From Clostridia bacterium (GTDB lineage: Bacteria > Bacillota > Clostridia > CAKSNL01 > HGM11501), in contig JAZQAZ010000025.1 of assembly GCA_045545475.1 (NCBI GenBank), positions 1 through 25,102 on the forward strand: a stretch of 25,102 nt of DNA, in the 5' to 3' direction. The position numbers and the translations under genes are program-made. Under the pieces are notes generated by a model that worked only from the letters and a program-made list of their open reading frames with translations, was not told the origin of the DNA and made no database searches. This document shows positions 1 to 10,707 of this stretch, piece after piece (positions within the stretch are counted from its first letter, which is position 1; each line of letters opens with the position of its first letter).

Positions 1-57
1 GTAGTTCTCCCCGTCTGTAAGAATCATTCCTTCTTCAGCTCTTATCGTTATTTTCAT
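1..57 (-). CDS. 5' part of small phage hypothetical protein (runs off window edge)
   Basis: ATG at 57 with AGGCGGTGA RBS just after the stop of the upstream ORF; reads MKITIRAEEGMILTDGENY, open to position 1. Confidence 0.7.
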   Translation of the reverse strand, partial: MKITIRAEEGMILTDGENY

Positions 58-69
58 TTAATCACCGCC

Positions 70-819
70 TTAATTGTAAGCAAATGTCCAATTTGCCTTT
101 GAATTTCTAAGTGTGTTCCATTCTTCTGTATACGTTGATTCATCATCAATATCTATGCCGAAAGCATTGTTTACTGCCTCTTTTGAAAACGTAACCGTAA
201 GTCCGCTTGTAGTTGCGGACAATGCATTGATGATACTTTCAATACTTGTCCTGTTAAGCTTTGTACTCCATTGCACGTTAAAGTTTGGTTTTCCTATAAC
301 GCCTTCCACAATAAGTTCTTCCAAAGCATTACAACCATTGAATGTTGTAGATTGGTAAGGTGTATTTTCACTTACTGTTAGTTTTTCAATCTTCTTTAGG
401 TGGGAGGCTTGATAAAATACATGATGCATATTTGTTGCGTTACTTGCATTTATCACACCAATTCTTGTAGACTTAATGTTTGCAAAGCAATATTGCAAAC
501 TGCCACACTCCGAAAAATCTAAAGTAACACCACATTCATTCAATCGGTCAAAGAGTTCGGTACACTGATTATATCTAAACATCATATATGCATCGGTAGG
601 TTTCATATCGTATCGGGGATAGAAATTTGTATCCGTCCAATAGCGACCATAAAAGCCGGAAGAATAATTATCTCTTCTTCCTTCGTCTTGCAATGAATCC
701 CAAAGGACATCATATTCCGCCGCCTTGCCTTCCTCGAATCCTACCTTGTATCCCGACTCATAAACCTTCGGAGCATTTTCCGCAATTTTTACGAGATCTT
801 CTTCTAAAATTTTATCCAT
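70..819 (-). CDS. Phage hypothetical protein with BspA/LRR-like beta-helical repeats (putative receptor-binding/accessory fibre protein)
   Basis: 249 aa, GAGGAGGT RBS; repeats such as SLQYCFAN, NMHHVFYQASHLKKI, TFNGCNALEEL; C-terminal LNRTSIESIINALS motif. Confidence 0.6.
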   Translation of the reverse strand: MDKILEEDLVKIAENAPKVYESGYKVGFEEGKAAEYDVLWDSLQDEGRRDNYSSGFYGRYWTDTNFYPRYDMKPTDAYMMFRYNQCTELFDRLNECGVTLDFSECGSLQYCFANIKSTRIGVINASNATNMHHVFYQASHLKKIEKLTVSENTPYQSTTFNGCNALEELIVEGVIGKPNFNVQWSTKLNRTSIESIINALSATTSGLTVTFSKEAVNNAFGIDIDDESTYTEEWNTLRNSKANWTFAYN

Positions 820-831
820 TTAAAAACCTCC

Positions 832-2151
<1,320 letters not shown>

Positions 2152-2644
2152 ATCTCTTTCCTTTCTCTGACGGCTCCGTTTTCCGCAGATTAGGCTTTGC
2201 CAAATCTGCTCCAACTACCGCCGACTGTGGTACTCGCCTTGCGGCTCCGTTCCTCGCTGGCTCATGTCCACTGTGCCTTTATATCATCCGAATATGAATT
2301 CGGATTTAATTCATCTGCCAATTTTATTATTTCTTTTAGTGTTTTATTTTTCATATCTCTTTCCTTTCTCTGACGGCTCCGTTTTCCGCAGATTAGGCTT
2401 TGCCAAATCTGCTCCAACTACCGCCGACTGTGGTACTCGCCTTGCGGCTCCGTTCCTCGCTGGCTCATGTCCACTGCGCCTTTATATCATCCGAATATGA
2501 ATTCGGATTTAATTCATCTGCCAATTCTATTATTTCTTCCAGTGTTTTATTTTTCATTTCTTTTTCCTTTCATGTTTTTAGTCCCTTTCAAAACTTTGTT
2601 TCGTAATTAGTATAAAACCGTTTCAGCCAAGAGAAAGTTTTCAC

Positions 2645-2794
2645 TCAAAATTCTTCTTGCTCTTCAGTTGCTTTAGAAGAATTTTTATCACATAAACCAT
2701 TGTTGATTTTACTCCACTCGTAAAGCCAGTCATAAATTATTCTGATTTTTTCCTCCGTACTTTCCTCTCCGGAAATTCTCGGTAAATCTCTCAT
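2645..2794 (-). CDS. Small phage hypothetical protein (paralogue of 23268-23459)
   Basis: ATG 2794 with AGGAAGGGTGGTG RBS; LPRISGEE..IYDWLYE resembles FPQLTGDE..LRRWAFE. Confidence 0.65.
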   Translation of the reverse strand: MRDLPRISGEESTEEKIRIIYDWLYEWSKINNGLCDKNSSKATEEQEEF

Positions 2795-2813
2795 ATTTAA
2801 TTCACCACCCTTC

Positions 2814-4739
2814 CTAATATTCTGATCCAAAGTATCTCTCCCGGCCGATGCCGTATAAGGTAAATCCCCCTTTGGCCATAATCTTCAGCTGATAAAAGCC
2901 ACATCGTCTTACGATCAAGGGTATGTTAAAGTTTCGCCTGATTGTCGGCGAAATCTTCATAACCTCTTTGTAGTCTCCTCCGTCATAACTTATAAAAATC
3001 TTTACTTCCGCTCCCGATTCCGCCTTAAGGCTTAAATGAATCCTGGATACACCCTTCTTTTTAAGGTGTCCGTCATATATGGGAGCAAACTCCAGAACGC
3101 TCTCAATATCTCCCTCGGCTTCTCCCTCATCCTTCACAGAATCAAGAAGATATATGCCGCCTTCTGACATTGCATAAAGGTCCCGGCCTATGTGGGCAAA
3201 GCTTACAGCACCAATCTTTTCTTCCTTTGTCCAATATCCAATGGATGAATCGTAAACGTAAAGCCACACTTCATCGTTAAGATCCCTTGCTTCCAAAAAA
3301 TACTTATCCGCACCTGCTCCGCCAACCCCTTTTACCAGCACCCTTCCGGTTTCTTCTCCGATAACCGTAGGATAGCTTCCTGTATAACGGCAAGCTCCCT
3401 CGGGTGAAAGATAATATAAAACGCCGTCTGCTATGGCTAAGCTCTTTCCGCTGCCCTTCAGTACGCCGGGAACGGAAGCCGTCTCATAGGTGGAATACTG
3501 TGATGGATAATCCCCCGATACTCTTATTATCCTGTCTTCCTTAAAAAACGTAGGATAACCGTTGTAGGCAATGCCGCCCGTAAAAGGACCGCTAGAAGCA
3601 ACAGCCACCTGCCAGGCTGCATCCGCTATGGTTGAAAAATCCTGAAAATTAAAAGGATCTCCAATCTTTGAAGCACAAATCTTGTCTCCGTCAATGCCCC
3701 ACAGCCTGTTATCGTGACAGAACGTGTGCGTAAGGTCCGGAATAACCCTTTCTACAGTTAGCTCAACTTCTTTCTTTCCTCCGCCATTTACCTCCGCATT
3801 TATGTAAAAAAAGTGATAGTCCTTTCCGTCTCTGTACTCCCTGACAGTTTCCTTTTCCGTAACAGTTACATAATGCTTTGATATAGTCCCGTCTTCTGTC
3901 TTAAGGCTTACAAGTAATATGTCGTCGGTTCTTATCCACTTAAGCCTTTTATTCATAGGGGTAAGAACTGCAAAATAATATTTTCCCTCATCCTTCGTAC
4001 CTGTTAAAAACGTATCTGTTGTTGTGGATGTATTATTTTCTACAGTCTCACACCCTGAAAGCTTCCCCCAGGAATCCATAAGGTATATCCATTTTGTCTG
4101 CACAGCATGATTCTCTACAGTTGCATCAGTATCCCACTTCCCCTGGGAATTATACTGGAAGAATGAATAAGGCTCCGTAAGCCCTACGGCATACACATCA
4201 CCGTCTTTTATATCCTCACTTTCCTCCATAGCCTCATTAAGAAGCTCAAGGCTCTCATACAGCGTGACTCCTTCTTCTGTAGTGTCATTCTGAGGCGTAG
4301 CCGAAGAATCTCCTACCTTCAAATTTACCGCCTCATCGCCCCACAGAGAAAAATACATTTTGTCCGGGAATATGCAAATGTATTTGTTCATAACCGAAAA
4401 GGTTTTCTCCGTCGCCGAAACCGGGAACTTTGCCTCTCCGTCATAATAAAACCGCACTCCTTCATTACTGTCTTCGACCTGAATCGAAGACGAAGAATCT
4501 CCGCTGCACCAAAAAAGCTTGTCTGCACTTCCTATGCCGTAAACTTCTCCTTCAATCTCAAAGGGAAGCCTTCTTCGCTTCTTTCTCACCGTAACTGACG
4601 GATAATCATCAAAGCTTATGTTCTCGGCATCATATATGTCTCCGTCCCTTGCTCCCTCCGAATGCTTCATACCTTTGAAGCTGAACTGCTCTGCTGTACT
4701 TTTTCTAATGCTTTGTTTAACTATTGGTAATTTCAACAT
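2814..4739 (-). CDS. Phage structural protein, probable podovirus tail nozzle / DNA-stabilisation (P22 gp10 / tail tubular B-like)
   Basis: Start at ATG 4739 (GAGGGGG RBS); beta-rich ~640 aa with NRLWG, ASKIGDPFNF and FFKED motifs; clear paralogue of 21410-23254. Function is inferred from size and context. Confidence 0.65.
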   Translation of the reverse strand: MLKLPIVKQSIRKSTAEQFSFKGMKHSEGARDGDIYDAENISFDDYPSVTVRKKRRRLPFEIEGEVYGIGSADKLFWCSGDSSSSIQVEDSNEGVRFYYDGEAKFPVSATEKTFSVMNKYICIFPDKMYFSLWGDEAVNLKVGDSSATPQNDTTEEGVTLYESLELLNEAMEESEDIKDGDVYAVGLTEPYSFFQYNSQGKWDTDATVENHAVQTKWIYLMDSWGKLSGCETVENNTSTTTDTFLTGTKDEGKYYFAVLTPMNKRLKWIRTDDILLVSLKTEDGTISKHYVTVTEKETVREYRDGKDYHFFYINAEVNGGGKKEVELTVERVIPDLTHTFCHDNRLWGIDGDKICASKIGDPFNFQDFSTIADAAWQVAVASSGPFTGGIAYNGYPTFFKEDRIIRVSGDYPSQYSTYETASVPGVLKGSGKSLAIADGVLYYLSPEGACRYTGSYPTVIGEETGRVLVKGVGGAGADKYFLEARDLNDEVWLYVYDSSIGYWTKEEKIGAVSFAHIGRDLYAMSEGGIYLLDSVKDEGEAEGDIESVLEFAPIYDGHLKKKGVSRIHLSLKAESGAEVKIFISYDGGDYKEVMKISPTIRRNFNIPLIVRRCGFYQLKIMAKGGFTLYGIGRERYFGSEY

Positions 4740-4889
4740 TACGCCCCCTCTTTTAACTTTTACATTCATTTCTCTTTTTTAATTAACCTATATAGTTATT
4801 TTTAGGCGAAAAAAATTAGACCGTTACCAAAGCTACGTTTATAACAGACTTGATACGGTATTAAATTCTTTTCTATCCGGCACAATAAT

Positions 4890-4918
4890 ATTATACCACA
4901 CTTTTTAACGCTTGTCAA
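4890..4918 (-). promoter_or_regulatory. sigma-A promoter for the leftward phage-like operon
   Basis: Minus strand TTGACA-17 nt-TATAAT with TGn extended -10 (perfect consensus). Confidence 0.85.
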
Positions 4919-4958
4919 GTTATTTTTTACTTTTAAGTCAAATATTTTCAAAATTCTC

Positions 4959-4987
4959 TTGACTTTTCAAACTTTTAATGTTAAAAT
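4959..4987 (+). promoter_or_regulatory. sigma-A promoter for the repressor gene
   Basis: TTGACT-17 nt-TAAAAT with TGn extension; GAGGTG RBS at 4995-5000. Confidence 0.75.
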
Positions 4988-5007
4988 AACACCTGAGGTG
5001 ATTAAAA

Positions 5008-5634
5008 ATGACAATGGGCGAAAGAATTTATTATTTGCGTAAATCTAAAAAAATGACACAGGAAGACGTAGCCAAGAGATTAAATGTTGCAGTTCAGACA
5101 ATATATAAGTATGAAAAAGGAATAGTTACCAACATTCCTCTCGATAAGCTGGAAATACTTGCAAAGGTTCTTGACACTACAACAACCTATATAACCGGAT
5201 GGAGCGATTCCGCTTCAGAAGCTAATATTCCCAATGTGTTTTCATTTGAAACAAAAAAAATCCCGCTGCTTGGTAAAATAGCCGCAGGCGAGCCTATCTT
5301 TGCAGAAGAAGATCATGAATCCTTTGTGGAAACAGGTGCAGGAATTCATGCAGATTTTTGTTTAAAGGTGCAGGGCGACTCCATGATAAACGCCAGAATC
5401 AATGATGGGGATATAGTATTTATCCGCAAACAGCCTTCCGTTGAAAACGGAGAAATCGCTGCGGTAATAATAGACAATGAAGCAACACTTAAAAGAGTTT
5501 ATTTTTATCCCGAAGACAGCAAGCTGGTACTTAGCCCCGAAAATCCCAAATACGCTCCCTTTGTGTATGTCGGAATGGAGCTTCAGGGTGTAAGAATCCT
5601 CGGTAAAGCTGTAGCATTCCAGAGCATGATCTAA
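5008..5634 (+). CDS. XRE-family HTH plus S24 peptidase repressor (phage cI/LexA-like)
   Basis: N-terminal HTH (MTQEDVAKRLNVAVQTIYKYEKG); IAAG cleavage site; VQGDSM catalytic Ser; ATLKR catalytic Lys. Confidence 0.93.
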   Translation: MTMGERIYYLRKSKKMTQEDVAKRLNVAVQTIYKYEKGIVTNIPLDKLEILAKVLDTTTTYITGWSDSASEANIPNVFSFETKKIPLLGKIAAGEPIFAEEDHESFVETGAGIHADFCLKVQGDSMINARINDGDIVFIRKQPSVENGEIAAVIIDNEATLKRVYFYPEDSKLVLSPENPKYAPFVYVGMELQGVRILGKAVAFQSMI

Positions 5635-5646
5635 GGAGTGATACCT

Positions 5647-6636
5647 TTGGCTAACTATCCCTGGAAATCACGGGCACTTTGCATGTTTGCTCCCCACCCC
5701 GATGAGGTTGACAAGTTTTCCTCTTTTGTTGAAAAGGTGCTTGTTCCGGATAAAATTGACACCGTCGTAATGATTATCCGCTATAATTACATGTTTATAT
5801 CCCATCCCGAATGCAGAGGGGACTATCCGCTATCTTCCTCAGATATTAAAAAAATAGTTGATGTCTGCAAAAAGCATAACATAAATCTCGTTCCCGATAT
5901 GAACCTTTTAGGTCATCAGGATAATCAGTTTAAAGATGACTGCCTTGATGGACTTTTGAGAGCACATCCGGAGCTTGACGAAACTCCCGACCTTGAAAAA
6001 GTTGAATATTGCAGAAGCATATGTCCAAACCATCCTGATGCATTAAAAATTGTGACGGACCTTATGGACGAGGTAGCAGATGCATTCTCGTGCAATATGT
6101 TCCACATAGGCATGGATGAAGTTTTTGAGATCGGAAGCTGCCCTCGCTGCAGAGATAAAGACCCGGGTGAGATTTTTGCCAATTGGGTAAATAAATTGGC
6201 AGAGCATTTGAAAAAACGCGGAATCACCACCATGATGTGGGGAGATCGCCTCTTAAACAGCTACGAATGTTGTCATGGGCCATGGGATGCCAGTCAGAAC
6301 GGAACATGGACAGCACTTGATAAAGTTTCAAAGGACATCATCATAACAGACTGGCACTATCATAACTGGGCATCATTCCCTTCTGTTGACATTTTTGCCC
6401 AAAAGGGATTCAAGATTTATCTATGCCCCTTCAACAACGCGGATAATGCCAAGCTTTTCCTTGACTATGCAAAGGAGCACGATAAGGGACATATCTTAGG
6501 CATTATGGAAACCACTTGGACCCCGGGAAGCTACATAATGAACGCTCTTTTAGATTTGCCTCTTGAAGACACCGACTCCTGGTATAAGGACGGAATGCCC
6601 GAAATATTAAACTGCTATAAATTCCTGTTCAGATAA
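5647..6636 (+). CDS. Glycoside hydrolase family 20 (beta-N-acetylhexosaminidase-like)
   Basis: VPDMNLLGH, FHIGMDEV (GH20 H-x-G-x-D-E), MMWGD and DWHY motifs; start is TTG 5647 (AGGAG RBS) or GTG 5638. Confidence 0.85.
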   Translation: MANYPWKSRALCMFAPHPDEVDKFSSFVEKVLVPDKIDTVVMIIRYNYMFISHPECRGDYPLSSSDIKKIVDVCKKHNINLVPDMNLLGHQDNQFKDDCLDGLLRAHPELDETPDLEKVEYCRSICPNHPDALKIVTDLMDEVADAFSCNMFHIGMDEVFEIGSCPRCRDKDPGEIFANWVNKLAEHLKKRGITTMMWGDRLLNSYECCHGPWDASQNGTWTALDKVSKDIIITDWHYHNWASFPSVDIFAQKGFKIYLCPFNNADNAKLFLDYAKEHDKGHILGIMETTWTPGSYIMNALLDLPLEDTDSWYKDGMPEILNCYKFLFR

Positions 6637-6681
6637 TCAATCTTATACGGCACAAATTATATTTTTCCGGAGGAAACAATA

Positions 6682-7896
6682 ATGCAAAAACGATTAACTG
6701 CACTTATATTATGCCTTATGATGCATTTCTCTGTTATTTACACTTTTTGCAGTGACATTAACGATACTCCCGTCAAAGAAAAAACCGAATCCGGCACCAT
6801 AAATATAATGGAAGCGATGGAAGAATTCAGCAACTTGGTTGTACGCTTCAACAACGCAGAAACCAATGATGAGAAAAAAGAGATATTCGCAGAGGCAAAG
6901 GCCATTAACGATGCATTCTTCGGAGACTCCGATGTCTACTTTGACGGATACCAATCCATGCTAATTGAAATAGAGCGCATAGAAGCTGAGGAAAGTACTC
7001 TGTCATCTATTGCCTGGAAACTATCCGGTTATACCACCTTTACAAGTGTGGGAGGTGGCATGACCGTGAATGGAGTAGAGCAAATACCGGATAAAAAAGT
7101 TCTTACTGATGCAGAACGACTTGAAATCATATCTCTTTTGGAAAAAAGCCTCGTTTCAGGATGTATCAAAAACTCAGATGCAACAGATAAAAGCTATTTT
7201 TTGAATGCCGCCAGAGGGGTTTATGCCATTCGTGGTGAAGGCGAACTAGGCGAACGCATAGAAGAACTTTATAATGATATCATTAATCATCCACTCCTCA
7301 AAAGCGATGAAGATATTATCTCAGATTCTGCTATCACCTTTTCAGATGTTTCAGAATCAGACTGGTTTTATAAATATGTTATGGTAATGGCCGGACGGGG
7401 TTTCGTCAACGGCAAAACTATACCTGTAAATGGCGTTGGAACATTCTGCCCTAATGCTACCATTACCCGAGGGGAGTTTATTACCGTAATAATGAGAATC
7501 CTGTATCCGGAAAACGACTACACTGCAAACGATGGCGATCCCTGGTGGCAAGATAGTTACAATGTAGCTTTGCAGAACAGCCTTATTCTCAAAGAGGATA
7601 AAGATTTAAGCGGAAATATTCCCATTTCCCGCCAGGAAATGGCATCGATAGCCTATAAAGCATTAAGTCTAAGAATGAAAGCACCGGAAGGCTACGATAT
7701 TACACGTGTAAAAGATTACGATGAAGTTGAAGAGCGTTATAAAACTTCCGTATACAACACTTTTAATGCACTTTTAGTCCAGGGTGATACCGAAGGATAT
7801 TTTCACCCAAAGGACAACCTCACAAGAGCCGAGGCTTCAACCGTACTCTATCGGCTTTCATACTTTCTTGATGAGGGTTCATATGTTCTGACCTAA
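6682..7896 (+). CDS. Secreted S-layer homology (SLH) domain protein
   Basis: Signal-peptide-like N-terminus; three SLH repeats (FSDVSESDWF..ITRGEF, ISRQEMA, FHPKDNLTRAEA). Confidence 0.9.
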   Translation: MQKRLTALILCLMMHFSVIYTFCSDINDTPVKEKTESGTINIMEAMEEFSNLVVRFNNAETNDEKKEIFAEAKAINDAFFGDSDVYFDGYQSMLIEIERIEAEESTLSSIAWKLSGYTTFTSVGGGMTVNGVEQIPDKKVLTDAERLEIISLLEKSLVSGCIKNSDATDKSYFLNAARGVYAIRGEGELGERIEELYNDIINHPLLKSDEDIISDSAITFSDVSESDWFYKYVMVMAGRGFVNGKTIPVNGVGTFCPNATITRGEFITVIMRILYPENDYTANDGDPWWQDSYNVALQNSLILKEDKDLSGNIPISRQEMASIAYKALSLRMKAPEGYDITRVKDYDEVEERYKTSVYNTFNALLVQGDTEGYFHPKDNLTRAEASTVLYRLSYFLDEGSYVLT

Positions 7897-7899
7897 AAT

Positions 7900-7928
7900 A
7901 AAAAAGCGGTGCAATGCACCGCTTTTTT
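7900..7928. terminator. Bidirectional rho-independent terminator
   Basis: AAAAAAGCGGTGC-AAT-GCACCGCTTTTTT between convergent genes. Confidence 0.9.
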
Positions 7929-8433
7929 ATTTTCCGAACATTTTTTCCATTTTTTCATAATCTCTTATAATTTCTTTATTCAACTCAATGAATTCTTTTG
8001 TTATCTTAATCTTGGAAAGCCTCTTAAATACCTTTTCAACATTAGCCACAAATTCAGGATTGTACTCTGAAAGAGCGATTTTGATCTGTGCCAAAGGACA
8101 CATTGCATTTGCCCTTTTGTCCACAGTAACTTTTCCGTCATCACCGATAAAAAGCGGAAAAATCCTGCAGGACAAGGGGCGTTTTTTCCTGTCGCATTTA
8201 CCCTTACAAACAAGAATTTTTATGTTATCTCCCCTTAAATCAATATCACTATCAAAAATTTCCATCCATTCTTCATTCCCCTGATACATTACTTCTTCGT
8301 GGGGAAAAAGATACATTCCTGCATCTTCTCCCTTGCAGCAGGCGCCGTTGCACAGTCTGCCACAGTCACCCCTGAGTGGCGTCACCTCATCAAGCAATGA
8401 ATATAAATGGGAATAAAACATTTTAATGTCCAT
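7927..8433 (-). CDS. Cys-cluster protein (YkgJ / CxxCxxCC-like, putative Zn/Fe-binding)
   Basis: DCGRLCNGACC and RPLSCRIFP motifs. Confidence 0.7.
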   Translation of the reverse strand: MDIKMFYSHLYSLLDEVTPLRGDCGRLCNGACCKGEDAGMYLFPHEEVMYQGNEEWMEIFDSDIDLRGDNIKILVCKGKCDRKKRPLSCRIFPLFIGDDGKVTVDKRANAMCPLAQIKIALSEYNPEFVANVEKVFKRLSKIKITKEFIELNKEIIRDYEKMEKMFGK

Positions 8434-8443
8434 AATAATCTCC

Positions 8444-9115
8444 TTATATAATTCCGAAAAGAATAAATCCCACGGTGTTTATGGCAAAATTGGCACACAT
8501 ATGTATCAGCCACGAAGGATATACCGTTCCGCTTTTTTCATTAAAATAATTGAAGATAAGTCCTCCGGCAAAAAGCCCTGCCATAACAATTATAAAAACA
8601 GGGGCCGAAAACCAACCTATCATCATCGCCACATGATAAAGTGCAAAAACACCTGCACTGAAGATATAAGCAAACTTCCTTGAAGATATATTTTTAAGTG
8701 TCAGAAAAGCAAAACCACGGAAGAAAAATTCCTCAAGCAGGGAATTTATTAAAGAAATGTAAATTGAAACATAAATAAAATTTTTTCCGTTAACTCCGAT
8801 ATTTTTTGTAAGAGCTCCCGTAATATTACTAAAATCAAACACATCTTTAAGTAACATGTATCCGCATAAAATAACCGCATAAACCCCGATTCCAATCAGA
8901 ACAGCAGAAAGAATTCCCTTTCCATTAAGAATAAATAAAGGCTTTAGAGAAAATTCCTTGTCAAAGAGTATATAAATTGCAGGAAACCCTAAAAACAACA
9001 CCAGTTTTATGGCCGATTTGGTAAAATAATCAGCTTTCAACACTCCGTCAACTATTGCCATGATAATGCAAAAAAGCACCACCAATGAGCTTATTACGAA
9101 AACTTTATTTTTCAT
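8444..9115 (-). CDS. CPBP (Abi/CAAX) family intramembrane metalloprotease
   Basis: Multiple TM segments; EEFFFRG, FALYH and IHMCAN motifs. Confidence 0.92.
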   Translation of the reverse strand: MKNKVFVISSLVVLFCIIMAIVDGVLKADYFTKSAIKLVLFLGFPAIYILFDKEFSLKPLFILNGKGILSAVLIGIGVYAVILCGYMLLKDVFDFSNITGALTKNIGVNGKNFIYVSIYISLINSLLEEFFFRGFAFLTLKNISSRKFAYIFSAGVFALYHVAMMIGWFSAPVFIIVMAGLFAGGLIFNYFNEKSGTVYPSWLIHMCANFAINTVGFILFGII

Positions 9116-9129
9116 ATACCCTCCGTTTT

Positions 9130-9843
9130 TTACACTTCAATATACTCACAGCCATATACACTTTTTTCTAAAGTGCCGTTGGAATAACATTTCTTATAGG
9201 ACTTATGTATATGACCGTGAATATGCCATCTAACACCGTTTTTATATACATAATGTGTAATTCCCGCCAGTCCCTGATGTGCCTTATCATATTGTTCTTT
9301 TTCAAACATACAGTCATGGCTGAGCAGAATATCTGCTTTTTCCGGCATAGAGGATGACATAATAAGACTCTCCTCCTGAGTGTAGGACGGAAACTCTCCG
9401 TTTTTATACTTAAAGCTACCCTCTATTCCGGCAAATCTTATTCCGTTATATTTTACTACTTTACCGTTTATATTTCTGATACCGAATTTATCATAGACAT
9501 CAAATCTGTCATGATTTCCCCTAAGAGCAATTATTCTCTCAGGCAGGATATACTCAAGAATTTTTTCAAGTTCATAACTGTAAATATCTCCCAGAATTAT
9601 ACATAGGTCATACTCTTCTACCCCGGATATAAACTCATCAAAACCATTTCCTAAAGCAAGCTCGCCGTGAGTATCAGATATAATTATAAGCTTAAGTCCG
9701 TAATGATGACTAATGACTTTTTCTGCCGTTACTTCACAAAGGGTTGAAAAATCCTTCCACTCATTACTGTCAGGTTTCAGGCCTTTTTTTACCTTTTTAA
9801 TAAAATTCTCAATTTTTCGGATTTTGTAATTGAAAAAAAACAT
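9130..9843 (-). CDS. Calcineurin-like metallophosphoesterase
   Basis: SDTHG, LGD, RGNHD, LSH and HGHIH motifs; start placed at ATG 9843 (AAGGAGG RBS). Confidence 0.9.
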   Translation of the reverse strand: MFFFNYKIRKIENFIKKVKKGLKPDSNEWKDFSTLCEVTAEKVISHHYGLKLIIISDTHGELALGNGFDEFISGVEEYDLCIILGDIYSYELEKILEYILPERIIALRGNHDRFDVYDKFGIRNINGKVVKYNGIRFAGIEGSFKYKNGEFPSYTQEESLIMSSSMPEKADILLSHDCMFEKEQYDKAHQGLAGITHYVYKNGVRWHIHGHIHKSYKKCYSNGTLEKSVYGCEYIEV

Positions 9844-9878
9844 ATATCCTCCTTGCGGCAAAGTATGATAATAAAAAC

Positions 9879-9907
9879 ATTTTAGCATAAAATATCATTA
9901 AAATCAA
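9879..9907 (-). promoter_or_regulatory. Putative sigma-A promoter for the 9843-7927 operon
   Basis: Minus strand TTGATT-17 nt-TAAAAT with TGn. Confidence 0.55.
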
Positions 9908-9949
9908 TAAATTTCCATACATAAAAACTCTGTCGCACTTTGCGGCAGC

Positions 9950-10570
9950 AAAGATTCGAGTATAGTGATTTCTCAAAGCAAAATCACTAACCCTACGTTG
10001 TTTTCTCCTATGCTCCCGAAAAACCAATGGCTTTTCGGGGCGAGGAGGAGCAATATTATGGGCGTATTTTTGTTTTGCAAAATGGAGCCCATGTTTACTC
10101 GCTCCGACGATCTACGTCGTTTTTTCCGCTTTGCGGACAAAAACTTCCTATGACACGTTCGAATTTCCTATTGTAAATTCAAACAAAAACACTACTTTGT
10201 AATTATGCTTTGCTATGGCGGAGATTCGATTTTGACTTCGGGGTCCCCGAAAAGCCAAGGGCTTTTTGGGGCGAGGAGGAGCAATATTATGGGCGTATTT
10301 TTGCTTTGCAAAATGGAGCCCATATTTACTCGCTCCGACGATCTACGTCGTTTTTTCCGCTTTGCGGACAAAAACTTCCTATGACGAGTTCGAATTTCCT
10401 ATTAGAAATTCAAACAAAAACATTACCTTGTAATTATGCTTTGCTATGGCGGAGATTCGATTTTGCATTTTTGCTTCGCAAATATGCAAAACTACGTCGT
10501 TTTTTCCGCTTTGCGGACAAAAACTTCCTATGACACGTTCGAATTTCCTATTAGAATTTCCAAACAAAAA
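9950..10570. repeat. tRNA-linked structured tandem repeats (periods 231 and 149 bp)
   Basis: CTACGTCGTTTTTTCCGCTTTGCGGACAAAAACTTCCTATGAC at 10112, 10343 and 10492; GAGGAGGAGCAATATTATGGGCG at 10042 and 10273; degenerate copy near 9950-10012. Confidence 0.92.
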
Positions 10571-10600
10571 GAACTGTCCAAAGGACAGTTCTTTTTGTTT
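10562..10600 (-). terminator. Terminator hairpin immediately downstream of the tRNA 3' end
   Basis: AAACAAAAAGAACTGTCC-AAA-GGACAGTTCTTTTTGTTT, perfect 18-bp stem. Confidence 0.88.
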
Positions 10601-10644
10601 GGTGACCCATCGGAGATTCGAACTCCGGACACCTTGATTAAAAG
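10600..10644 (-). other. 3' half of tRNA-Lys(UUU), interpreted as prophage att core
   Basis: Minus strand CTTTTAATCAAGGTGTCCGGAGTTCGAATCTCCGATGGGTCACCA gives anticodon loop, T-arm, acceptor 3' strand and CCA; the 5' half is absent. Confidence 0.9.
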
Positions 10645-10707
10645 GCTTATTTATCCGATTCCAGAAGTGCTTAATGCTCCGATTTATCTACACTTCAGTT
10701 CCTTTTC

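Noticed and set aside
5008-5634. Calling the repressor lexA
   Set aside because: The N-terminus is an XRE/cI-type HTH rather than the LexA winged helix, so no symbol is given.
9950-10570. CRISPR array
   Set aside because: Units are 149-231 bp and nearly identical throughout, with no unique spacers and no cas genes.
10600-10680. Complete tRNA-Lys gene
   Set aside because: No D-arm, 5' acceptor strand or 5' anticodon-stem strand upstream of the anticodon loop; only the 3' 45 nt are present.
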